Origin: Parcubacteria group bacterium
GTDB lineage: Bacteria > Patescibacteriota > Minisyncoccia > Phycocordibacterales > CSBR16-119
DNA: 64,000 nt
Direction: 5' to 3'
Assembly: GCA_943356745.1 (NCBI GenBank)
Contig: CALRFT010000004.1
Location: forward strand, 16,269-80,268
Shown here piece by piece: positions 19,884 to 28,262 of this stretch (positions within the stretch are counted from its first letter, which is position 1; every line of letters begins with the position of its first letter). A model generated the notes under the pieces. It ran no database searches, was not told where the DNA came from, and saw only the letters and a program-made list of their open reading frames with translations. Position numbers and translations under genes: made by a program.

Positions 19884-20534
19884 ATGAATAATTATTCTTC
19901 ACATAAAGAATATTTTGAACAAACCTACAGATCAGGATCTGATATTTGGTCGCACAATAACTACACAAAACAGTTTCTTGATTTTGCTAAATATATTCCT
20001 CACAAAGGAACTGTTCTTGATTTAGGTTCAGGACGTGGACACATGTCATACATCTTGGCAGATCTTGGTATGAAAGTAATTGGACTTGATTATGTTCAAG
20101 AATTAACAGAAAAAAATAATCAGTTTGTAAAAGAACATGAATATACGGGTAGAGTTGCATTTAAAACTGGTGATATTTTAAATATTCTCTTTCAAGAAGA
20201 ATCATTTGACGCAGTTGTAGATATTGGAACTCTTCAACATATACACCCAACCGAGTGGCAAAAATATTCAGAAGAAATTTTTCGAGTATTGAAACCTGGA
20301 GGTTTTATTCTTTTAGTTGAACTTTCACGAAAAACAGAATCATTTTTATCTTTCAAACCAGTACAAGAAACAACAGGAAATTTTGAATATGAAGGTCTTT
20401 TGTACCACTTTTTTGAAAGAAAAGAAATTGAAGAGATGTTTTCTTTTGGTTTTTCTTTGATTAAAACTGAAATTCACACCTTTCCTGAAATAAACAACCA
20501 ATCCTATATTTTTAGTCTTCTCAAGAAAAAATAA
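19884..20534 (+). CDS. Class I SAM-dependent methyltransferase
   Basis: VLDLGSGRG, FDAVVD, RVLKPGG; TATAAT 7 nt before ATG 19884. Confidence 0.9.
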   Translation: MNNYSSHKEYFEQTYRSGSDIWSHNNYTKQFLDFAKYIPHKGTVLDLGSGRGHMSYILADLGMKVIGLDYVQELTEKNNQFVKEHEYTGRVAFKTGDILNILFQEESFDAVVDIGTLQHIHPTEWQKYSEEIFRVLKPGGFILLVELSRKTESFLSFKPVQETTGNFEYEGLLYHFFERKEIEEMFSFGFSLIKTEIHTFPEINNQSYIFSLLKKK

Positions 20535-20557
20535 AACACCACTGTGTGGTGTTTTAT

Positions 20558-21175
20558 TTATCGAAAGGTAATAAAAATATACATAATAATACCTGCAATA
20601 ATTGGAATATATAGATTATCTGGAATTTCTTTTCCTCGTATTTTAATACCAACCATTTCAATTATCATCGTGAGTGTTGTTACAACAAGAGCTGTTACAA
20701 AATCAACAAATATTGAACTTACCGCTGTGGCAACAATAATTCCAGCAAGTGTACCTTCGAGGGTTTTTGTATGACCCTCAATATTAAACTTGAGTTTCCC
20801 AAATCTCATTCCAAAATAACTTGCAAATCCATCTCCAAAAGCAAGAATGATAATACTTACAATAACAATAGATGGGTTGAATCCAAACAGTGTATAAGAG
20901 AGCATTACCCCTAACACAAAAGAAAGTCCTCCAATTCCGTGAGTATGATGACCAACCTCTCTTTCAACTAGTCCATGAGAAAGTTGTCCTATTTTTGTTT
21001 CAGAAAACCACTTCACAACAAAGTAGAAAATTAGGAATGGAACAAGAAGAATTGCCCCCATCCAAAAAATAGCGTCTATGTCTTTAAATATAAGAGCCGT
21101 TGCTATAAAAATAACTCCAGTAACTATATGAATTATTTTTCTTATAAGTTCTCTTTTGTATGGTGAAAGTATCAT
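20558..21175 (-). CDS. SEC59/Vte5/Dgk1-family CTP-dependent lipid (polyprenol/diacylglycerol) kinase
   Basis: RKIIH, GDGFASYFGMRFGK, KTLEGTLA, DNLYIP motifs. Confidence 0.82.
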   Translation of the reverse strand: MILSPYKRELIRKIIHIVTGVIFIATALIFKDIDAIFWMGAILLVPFLIFYFVVKWFSETKIGQLSHGLVEREVGHHTHGIGGLSFVLGVMLSYTLFGFNPSIVIVSIIILAFGDGFASYFGMRFGKLKFNIEGHTKTLEGTLAGIIVATAVSSIFVDFVTALVVTTLTMIIEMVGIKIRGKEIPDNLYIPIIAGIIMYIFITFR

Positions 21176-21214
21176 AACTTTATTATATCATTTTAAAAAT
21201 GATATACTCTGTGT

Positions 21215-22000
21215 ATGAAAATTTTTTCATGGAATGTAAATGGAATACGAGCGATAGAAAAAAAGGGATTCAATGATATTATCCTCAAAGAAAAACCTGA
21301 TATTTTTTGTCTCCAAGAAACAAAGGCTTTTTTGGATCAACTCCCTGTTTCTATCAAAAAACTTCCCTATCATACAGTATGGCACGATGGAGCTCGGCCT
21401 GGATATTCAGGAACTGCAATCTTTTCAAAACAAGAACCAGATACAACACAAACAAATTTCGAAAAATACCCCAAATTTCATGAAGACGGACGCGTTACAG
21501 AAGCTGTTTTTGGAGACATAACACTTCTCAACATTTATTTTCCAAATGGTGGAGAGCGAGCAAGTGGGCAAGAAATGCTCACATACAAAATGGAATTCTA
21601 TTCGGAATTACTTGAATATATCAAAAATTTAAAGAAAAAAGGTAGAAAAAAAATACTTATTGTTGGAGATTTTAATATAGCCCACACTGAAATCGATATC
21701 GCAAGACCAAAAGAAAATGAAGAAACGATTGGTTTTACAAAAGGTGAACGAGATAAGTTTTCAGAACTTCTTAAAAAAGGTGGACTTGTTGATATTTTTA
21801 GACACAAAAATGGAAATAAGAAAGATGAATATACTTGGTGGAGTTATCGGGCAATCGGCGCACGAGAGCGGAATGTTGGTTGGAGAATTGATTATGCAGT
21901 ATGTACAGAAGAACTTCTTCCGCAAGTTCAATCAATTAAACATAGAAAAGATATTGAAGGATCTGATCATTGTCCAGTAATTGTAACTCTTAAAAAATAA
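21215..22000 (+). CDS. xth: Exodeoxyribonuclease III
   Basis: SWNVNGIRA, LQETK, GDFNIAH, GWRIDY, SDHCPV. Confidence 0.96.
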   Translation: MKIFSWNVNGIRAIEKKGFNDIILKEKPDIFCLQETKAFLDQLPVSIKKLPYHTVWHDGARPGYSGTAIFSKQEPDTTQTNFEKYPKFHEDGRVTEAVFGDITLLNIYFPNGGERASGQEMLTYKMEFYSELLEYIKNLKKKGRKKILIVGDFNIAHTEIDIARPKENEETIGFTKGERDKFSELLKKGGLVDIFRHKNGNKKDEYTWWSYRAIGARERNVGWRIDYAVCTEELLPQVQSIKHRKDIEGSDHCPVIVTLKK

Positions 22001-22028
22001 AAACACCCTTTTGGGGTGTTTTTATTTT

Positions 22029-23423
22029 TTAAGAGAGAATTTGTCCAACTTGGATTAATATTGCTCTATCGTTTAATTCTTTATCTTTCAGTGTTGGATT
22101 CAAAGAAGTATTGTTTTCAAGTTTTTGCTTTCTTTTTTGATATTCAACATCAAACATAGATTCAATTTCTTCCAAAGTTAACATTTTATAGTTTTGTTTT
22201 GCGTCATCTAAAACAAAGAAATATACGGAAATATCTTCTTTAGACTTTATTTCTTCGAGTTTTCTTTTAGTAATTCCTTGAAGTGATTCATCTGTCATAA
22301 CAACAATTGCGTGTTTTTTACCGCCCTCGAGGGTTCCACTCATTTTAATTGCAGCATCGAGGCCGAATTCTTCCGTTTGTTTAATCAACTTATTAGTAGA
22401 AACCTCAACAGCTTTTTGATCTCTATAATCAACAAGTTCTCCAACGTCTCGAGAAAATGGAGCATATAGCACAGGAGTTTCTGAAGTACTCTCAGAAATT
22501 GTTTTTCTAAGAAGTTCTTGTGAGTTGCTCATTGAGGGACTATTATCTACTAAAAGAGAAACATCATCATATTGATTTAAGAGCTTAAGAATCAAAGTAA
22601 ATCTATCTTCATATGAATTTTTTTGTTCTTTAACTTCAAGATTTCTCAAACCTTCAACTTCTATTTTTACCCATCTTGCCTTTTGTTTGAGATCTTCTCG
22701 TTCCTGTGGATTCATCAATGAAAGTTCTTCTTGTGTATAAAACACACCAGTTTCTTGGTTAACTATCTTTGTAAGTGGTGTAACACCTTTTTCATATCCA
22801 CCATATTCTGGAATATTATAAACAATATCAATATTTTTTATTTTTTGGATATCTTCTGCAGAAAAACCATGAGAAGAGAAGTCAAAATCCTCAAGAGATT
22901 CTTCTATAAGCTTTTCTCCTTGCTCTGCTCGAAGTTGTGCAAGTTCTGCATTTCCACCCTCATAGGCATTTGTTCTATCCTCATCACAAGATGAATATAC
23001 AACAACAGGGTGTTCAACAAAAGAATTAATTGTTTCTGGGGTTAATTTAGACCAAAACTTTTGAAGTTCCATTTCTAAAATTTGAGCACTTTCTGGTTTC
23101 ACCAAAGAGCTATCTGTTTCAAAAGCATTACTTATATTCAAAGTAAATTCTCTCTCAGAATCTTGTTGAAAAACCTCGAAAGAAGCAGTTTTCCCTTTTT
23201 CCTCCACCTGTTCTTGATAGGTTTGTGTTTTTTCTGGGTTTTTTGTGTCGATAGGAGAAACATCATTTGAGGCTTGAGACTCCAAAGAAGAAAGAGAAAG
23301 AGCTCCAGCAACGAGTCCAGTTTTGACACCTTTAGGGATTGAACGCATTTTTTCCAAAACTGTTTTTTCTTCTTTTGGTTCTACAGTTTGTTTTTTTGAA
23401 AAATTAAATGATTCAAATTTCAT
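22029..23423 (-). CDS. Hypothetical protein with a C-terminal vWA (MIDAS) domain
   Basis: LLVDNSPSM (DxSxS) and IVVMTDE; hydrophobic segment near the N-terminus. Confidence 0.7.
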   Translation of the reverse strand: MKFESFNFSKKQTVEPKEEKTVLEKMRSIPKGVKTGLVAGALSLSSLESQASNDVSPIDTKNPEKTQTYQEQVEEKGKTASFEVFQQDSEREFTLNISNAFETDSSLVKPESAQILEMELQKFWSKLTPETINSFVEHPVVVYSSCDEDRTNAYEGGNAELAQLRAEQGEKLIEESLEDFDFSSHGFSAEDIQKIKNIDIVYNIPEYGGYEKGVTPLTKIVNQETGVFYTQEELSLMNPQEREDLKQKARWVKIEVEGLRNLEVKEQKNSYEDRFTLILKLLNQYDDVSLLVDNSPSMSNSQELLRKTISESTSETPVLYAPFSRDVGELVDYRDQKAVEVSTNKLIKQTEEFGLDAAIKMSGTLEGGKKHAIVVMTDESLQGITKRKLEEIKSKEDISVYFFVLDDAKQNYKMLTLEEIESMFDVEYQKRKQKLENNTSLNPTLKDKELNDRAILIQVGQILS

Positions 23424-23522
23424 AATTACATTATATAAGTTTATGTATAAAAAGATAGGTAAAGGTTTACATATAAATTTATTTTGTTACACTGCAAAAA
23501 GAAATCAATAAATTTTGAAACC

Positions 23523-23621
23523 ATGACAGGCTTTATTATTGGAATTATGTTCTTTACACTCCTTGTATTTTGGGGAGTTGGAAGTTTTATTACACGAAAT
23601 TCTTCTATTTCAGAGATCTAA
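23523..23621 (+). CDS. 32-aa single-TM small protein
   Basis: MTGFIIGIMFFTLLVFWGVGSFITRNSSISEI*, followed by terminator AAAAAACGCACC-GTTT-GGTGCGTTTTTT. Confidence 0.55.
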   Translation: MTGFIIGIMFFTLLVFWGVGSFITRNSSISEI

Positions 23622-23706
23622 CCAAAAAACGCACCGTTTGGTGCGTTTTTTTAATAAAATTGACTTTATATAAAAATTATGTTATTTTATAAAAAAATAA
23701 AGTACC

Positions 23707-24201
23707 ATGAAAAAAATAGTATTACAAACAATTTCTATGCAAGCAATAATTGCTATTATTATGGGTATAGTATTCTCTTCACAATGTGTCCAGTTGATAT
23801 TAATAGAGGATTCTTATCTTCTTGAAATAGAAACTGCACTAACAAGCAGAGGATCTTATCTCTTGCCACATCTTCCCCTTTTATGCGGAGTATTTACTGT
23901 TTTCTTTCCTCCATTTATTATCGCTATTATTATTTTGATAATCGACTTGGGACTAAAAACTAACACTATCGTTAAATTAGGTATTATGTTGTATATCACA
24001 ACAACATATATATCCTCTGTGGTAATAACACTTGGTATTCTCAGTATTATTACGGACGAGAAATTAGTACTGCCGGTGGCGTACCCACTATTTATAATGG
24101 TATATAGTAGCAAGTTATTGTTTTTTCAAAAACACCTCAAGTCTGAGGTGTTTTCTTTTTACTCACTCTTCCCTACTTGTTTTACTTTATACTGCTTTTG
24201 A
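23707..24201 (+). CDS. Hypothetical membrane protein (3' end overlaps the terminator and cca)
   Basis: Four hydrophobic segments; TTGACT promoter upstream. Confidence 0.55.
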   Translation: MKKIVLQTISMQAIIAIIMGIVFSSQCVQLILIEDSYLLEIETALTSRGSYLLPHLPLLCGVFTVFFPPFIIAIIILIIDLGLKTNTIVKLGIMLYITTTYISSVVITLGILSIITDEKLVLPVAYPLFIMVYSSKLLFFQKHLKSEVFSFYSLFPTCFTLYCF

Positions 24202-25643
24202 ATTTCTTTCACCTCTGCCTCATCGGCGTCTTCAGCTTCTTTTTTTGCTTTTTGACCAAGTTCTCGAAGATCTTGATCAGATAGAAGTTGTAGACTCAAA
24301 GCTCTCCCTTCGAGATATTCCTCACTGTTTCTTTCTGGTTTATCCAAAACTTCCTCCAGAAGAATGTGGAGAATATTTCCAATTCTTGGTCCTGGATTTT
24401 CACCCATTTCCATAAGCTTTTTCCCATCAACCTTAAGCATTCCTACTGATATTGGGTCTCTGGTTATTTCTTCAATCATTGACTCAAATTTTCTAAGGCG
24501 ATACGGCTCCGCACTTGGTCGCCCCATTCCCTTTCGGTCTGACATTCGAAGAGTTACCAAATCCCAAAGCATTGGTTCTCCAACCTTTGCAAGAAGTCTT
24601 CGTACAGCAGAAAGACTGATTTGGTCTGGATCCGCAAAAAACATATGATGACGAACAAGTGAAACAATTTTCTGGCCACTCTCTTTTGAAAATTTAAGTC
24701 GTTTCATAATTTCCAAAGTCATTTTTGCACCAACAACTTCGTGTCCATAGAAAGTATAGTCTTGTTTTTCTCGACTCCACTGCCTTGTTCTTGGTTTTCC
24801 AATATCATGAAAAAGTGCTGCAATTCTGAGTTCAAGTGAATGATTTTCTTCCACAGCATGAGAAAGAGCACGTAAAAGATGTTCATATACATCATAAATA
24901 TGACTTCCGTTTTGTTTACAACCAATTCCCTCTTCAAGTTCTGGAATAATATAAGCAAGCAAGCCTGTCTTCTGAAGAAGATTTATTCCCTGCACAGCGC
25001 CGGGCGACATAATAATTTTTAGAAATTCATCATGAATTCTTTCCCAAGAAATATTTTTTATAAGTTCTTTGTTTTCAACAATAGCTTCAAATGTTTCACT
25101 TCCAATAACAAAACCAAGTTGAGCCGCAAAACGAATAGCTCGCATCATCCGAAGAGCATCTTCTTGAAAACGTTTTTCAGCCTCCCCTACTGCTTTGATT
25201 ATTTTATTATTCAAATCTCTTTCTCCATCATAAAAATCAAGAAGTTCTCGTGTTGTAGGACTGTAGGCCATGGCATTTATTGTAAAGTCTCGGCGAGTTA
25301 GGTCATCTTCTATATTTTGACTAAAGACAACCTCATCTGGGTGTCTATTGTCTGAATACTTTGATTCAATGCGAAACGGAGTTATTTCGATAACTTTCAA
25401 TGTTTCATCAAGAGATTCTGTTTTTACACCAACAGTTCCAAAGGTGTTTTCATAGAAAGAATCAGGAAAAATAGCCTGAATATCTTCAGGTTTTGCGTTT
25501 GTAGTAACATCCCAATCTTTTGGGATTTTTTCAAGTAAGATATCTCGAAGAGATCCTCCAACAACATAAGCCTCAAACCCCCTTTCCTCTAGCTTTTCTA
25601 TAATTTCCAAAACTTCATTTGGAATAGTAAAATTGTTTCTCAT
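24159..25643 (-). CDS. cca: CCA-adding tRNA nucleotidyltransferase with HD domain
   Basis: VGGSLRD, DWDVTT, DLTRRDFTINA, EDALRMMRA, FHDIGKP; start MRNNFTIP. Confidence 0.92.
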   Translation of the reverse strand: MRNNFTIPNEVLEIIEKLEERGFEAYVVGGSLRDILLEKIPKDWDVTTNAKPEDIQAIFPDSFYENTFGTVGVKTESLDETLKVIEITPFRIESKYSDNRHPDEVVFSQNIEDDLTRRDFTINAMAYSPTTRELLDFYDGERDLNNKIIKAVGEAEKRFQEDALRMMRAIRFAAQLGFVIGSETFEAIVENKELIKNISWERIHDEFLKIIMSPGAVQGINLLQKTGLLAYIIPELEEGIGCKQNGSHIYDVYEHLLRALSHAVEENHSLELRIAALFHDIGKPRTRQWSREKQDYTFYGHEVVGAKMTLEIMKRLKFSKESGQKIVSLVRHHMFFADPDQISLSAVRRLLAKVGEPMLWDLVTLRMSDRKGMGRPSAEPYRLRKFESMIEEITRDPISVGMLKVDGKKLMEMGENPGPRIGNILHILLEEVLDKPERNSEEYLEGRALSLQLLSDQDLRELGQKAKKEAEDADEAEVKEIQKQYKVKQVGKSE

Positions 25644-25653
25644 GAAACGTATG

Positions 25654-25724
25654 TGCGGATAGGGAGAATCGAACTCCCGACTCATCCTTGGCAAGGACGT
25701 ATTTTACCACTAAACCATATCCGC
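25654..25724 (-). tRNA. tRNA-Gly(GCC)
   Basis: GCGGATATGGTTTAGTGGTAAAATACGTCCTTGCCAAGGATGAGTCGGGAGTTCGATTCTCCCTATCCGCA; no encoded CCA. Confidence 0.96.
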
Positions 25725-25839
25725 AGGTTATATTTATAATACTTTGAGAATTATATATGAATATAAGAAAAATTCCAGACCTTCCTTCTTTACATTAATA
25801 AGGAAACATGTATAATTTGGAAGTCTTTAAAAGGCATAT

Positions 25840-25911
25840 GCACTTGTGGTGAAATGGATATCACAGCGGTCTTCGGAACCGTCGTTCCAGGTTCGAGTCC
25901 TGGCAGGTGCA
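25840..25911 (+). tRNA. tRNA-Arg(TCG)
   Basis: Anticodon arm GCGGT-CTTCGGA-ACCGT; T arm CCAGG-TTCGAGT-CCTGG. Confidence 0.95.
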
Positions 25912-26059
25912 CAAATAAATAAAAAGTCTTGTATTAATACAAGACTTTTTATTTTGTTTTGATGATCTAAAAAATGTCCTTTATAAAAGACATTTGTGTC
26001 TTTTATAAAGGACATTTTGTATTTTAATTATTTTAAATAACCAAAGTAAGACTTTTAAA

Positions 26060-26143
26060 TTATTCATAGTTATCCACTTTTCCCCCATATTTATACACAT
26101 ATCAAATCCACACTGTGGAAAACTATGTGGGAAAAGTGGATAA
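26060..26143. promoter_or_regulatory. DnaA-box cluster
   Basis: TTATTCATA, TTATCCACT, TTATACACA, AAATCCACA, then inverted TGTGGAAAA, TGTGGGAAA, AGTGGATAA. Confidence 0.7.
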
Positions 26144-26294
26144 CAGACATTTTGTCTTTATAAAATAAGGCTTTTATATTAAAATTTTTCAATATGTTTC
26201 ACATGAAACATGTGTTACATGTGAAAAAGTATATAAAATAAAGCTTTTTTGTTTCACCTGAAACAATTTATATTTTAGATATATAATTAAACAT

Positions 26295-26675
26295 ATGCCA
26301 AAAGTATTTACATCTAAATCCCAACAAATAGGGGAGCTTGGTGAAACTATTGCGGTACAATATCTTGAAAAGAAAGGATATAAAATAATCGAGAAAAACT
26401 TTACAACAAGACTAGGAGAAATAGATATTATTGCTTTTTCACATGAAACACTATGTTTTATAGAAGTTAAAGCTGTTACACGTGAAAAAATGGATAAGTA
26501 TGACTGGAAACCTCATCAAAACTTTCATCAGCAAAAACTCCATAAAATGATTAAAACTGTCCAATATTATCTCTCAAAACACAGAAGAGTAGGGGAATCA
26601 AAACTTTTACTTGCTACAGTGATTATTGATCAAGAAAAAAGAATAGGGAAGGTTTCACTTGAAACAATATACTAA
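26295..26675 (+). CDS. yraN: YraN/UPF0102 family endonuclease-like protein
   Basis: GELGETIAVQYLEKKGY..NF..GEIDII..FIEVK. Confidence 0.9.
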   Translation: MPKVFTSKSQQIGELGETIAVQYLEKKGYKIIEKNFTTRLGEIDIIAFSHETLCFIEVKAVTREKMDKYDWKPHQNFHQQKLHKMIKTVQYYLSKHRRVGESKLLLATVIIDQEKRIGKVSLETIY

Positions 26676-26746
26676 AAACAATGATTTTTGGTTTGTATTG
26701 TTCCACATGAAACAAAAAAAAACACCCTTTTGGGGTGATTTTTTAA

Positions 26747-27097
26747 TTAACAACTTGGTAAGAAAACTATTTCCTGGGTTGTTAGGTAAATAACCTTATT
26801 TTTCAACAACCAATGATATTCCTCTCCTGTAGCCTTTCTGTGGGCAATCTCTCTTCTTGTGTAAAGTCCTGTAAGATAGTGAAATTTTTGTTTTTCAGTA
26901 GAAGTTAACACAAATTCATGATCTATAAGAAAACAAGGATGGAGATTTTGTTTACAATGATCCCAAAATATCTTTTTGTATACAAAAAGTCGATATCGAC
27001 TTCTCATAAACATACGAATCCAATCCAGACGTGAAAAGTGCCTTTCTTTAGGGCTTCCAAACAAATAAATCCGTAGTTTGTATATTTTTTGTTTCAT
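26747..27097 (-). CDS. Hypothetical basic protein
   Basis: 116-aa ORF ending at a terminator; start codon inside a parS-like site. Confidence 0.5.
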   Translation of the reverse strand: MKQKIYKLRIYLFGSPKERHFSRLDWIRMFMRSRYRLFVYKKIFWDHCKQNLHPCFLIDHEFVLTSTEKQKFHYLTGLYTRREIAHRKATGEEYHWLLKNKVIYLTTQEIVFLPSC

Positions 27098-27128
27098 GTG
27101 GAACGTTTTTCTTGATTATATAGATTTT

Positions 27129-27338
27129 TTAAATCAAAACAACATGTTTCACCTGAAACATAACAAAAGGCGAGTATTCAGTTTTTTCTGAATCTCGCCT
27201 GTTTTTTCCACGGGAACCCTTATGGAATTTCTTTTTATCTCTCATTGTTTTTTCACAAGGAAGTTTACCTTGGAATACTTCTCGTGAAATGTGTCGGACT
27301 TTTTTCCCAACATCAAATGATTTTTTCTTGTGTTTCAT
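27129..27338 (-). CDS. Small basic protein, candidate ArfA/BrfA-like ribosome rescue factor
   Basis: 69 aa, K/R-rich, contains KGS; TTGACA promoter; terminator hairpin inside the ORF. Confidence 0.5.
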   Translation of the reverse strand: MKHKKKSFDVGKKVRHISREVFQGKLPCEKTMRDKKKFHKGSRGKNRRDSEKTEYSPFVMFQVKHVVLI

Positions 27339-27455
27339 ATGTAACAAATTTAATCATACAATACATACATAATTTAATTATGTCAAATAGTATAATTTGT
27401 TACTTTCTTTTTTCTGTAGATTATGTATAATTTTCCTCGTTACCGAAATACATTA

Positions 27456-27526
27456 CGGGGTGTAGCATAATGGTAGTGTACACGGTTTGGGACCGTGTGG
27501 CCTGGGTTCGATTCCCAGCTCCCCGA
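27456..27526 (+). tRNA. tRNA-Pro(TGG)
   Basis: CGGGG 5' end; CACGG-TTTGGGA-CCGTG anticodon arm; GGTTCGATTCC. Confidence 0.95.
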
Positions 27527-27595
27527 CAAGAAGAGAAGTTTACAAAATATATTATTTTTGATAGACTTTTCTTTGTAAAAATTAAATACACCAAT

Positions 27596-27666
27596 GCGGG
27601 TGTAGTTTAGTGGTAGAATACCTGCCTTCCAAGCAGGGGACGAGAGTTCGATTCTCTCCACCCGCA
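27596..27666 (+). tRNA. tRNA-Gly(TCC)
   Basis: CTGC-CTTCCAA-GCAG anticodon arm; acceptor stem GCGGGTG/CACCCGC. Confidence 0.95.
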
Positions 27667-27783
27667 CAAATTAAGAAAACCCTCCAAAAGGAGGGTTTTC
27701 TTAATTATTCATTATAGTAAAACAAAAACCGCTTCACAGCGGTTTTTTGTCATTTACTTTGAAATAGTATTTCAAACTATTTA

Positions 27784-28056
27784 TTATTTAACGAGATCCT
27801 TAAGTGTTTTAGACACTTGGAATTTAACTACTCGTGTTGCTGGAACCTTTACAGTTGCACCAGTCTTTGGGTTTCGAGCTTCTCGTGCTGCTCGCATCTT
27901 TGATTTAAAGATTCCGAATCCTGAAATAGATACATCATCTCCTTTTTTAAGAGACATAGAAATTGAATCGAAGATTCCATTTACTACTTGTTCTGCTTGT
28001 GATTTTGTACCACCTAGCATGTCTTGTACCTTTTCAATAAGAGTTGCTTTATTCAT
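27784..28056 (-). CDS. hup: HU family DNA-binding protein
   Basis: GFGIF..RAAREARNPKTG..VPA. Confidence 0.96.
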   Translation of the reverse strand: MNKATLIEKVQDMLGGTKSQAEQVVNGIFDSISMSLKKGDDVSISGFGIFKSKMRAAREARNPKTGATVKVPATRVVKFQVSKTLKDLVK

Positions 28057-28262
28057 GTAAAATATTGTGCGTAAAACGCGAAATTATTTGAGTAAATTAT
28101 GACCACAAATATTTTGTTAATCCTCACTTTTTTGTATTACCAAAAAAGCTTTGTGTTTATTATATATTTTCCAAAAATAAGGCGCAATAGAATAACCATT
28201 TGACAATGTGGATAAATATCTGTATTATTTTATTCAAGTTGAACCTTAAAAAACACCCTATA

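Larger units (their letters stand above)
26195..27346. repeat. Cluster of ~10 parS-like 16-bp palindromes
   Basis: Matches to TGTTTCACGTGAAACA at 26195, 26213, 26250, 26435, 26474, 26651, 26699, 27090, 27145, 27331. Confidence 0.85.
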
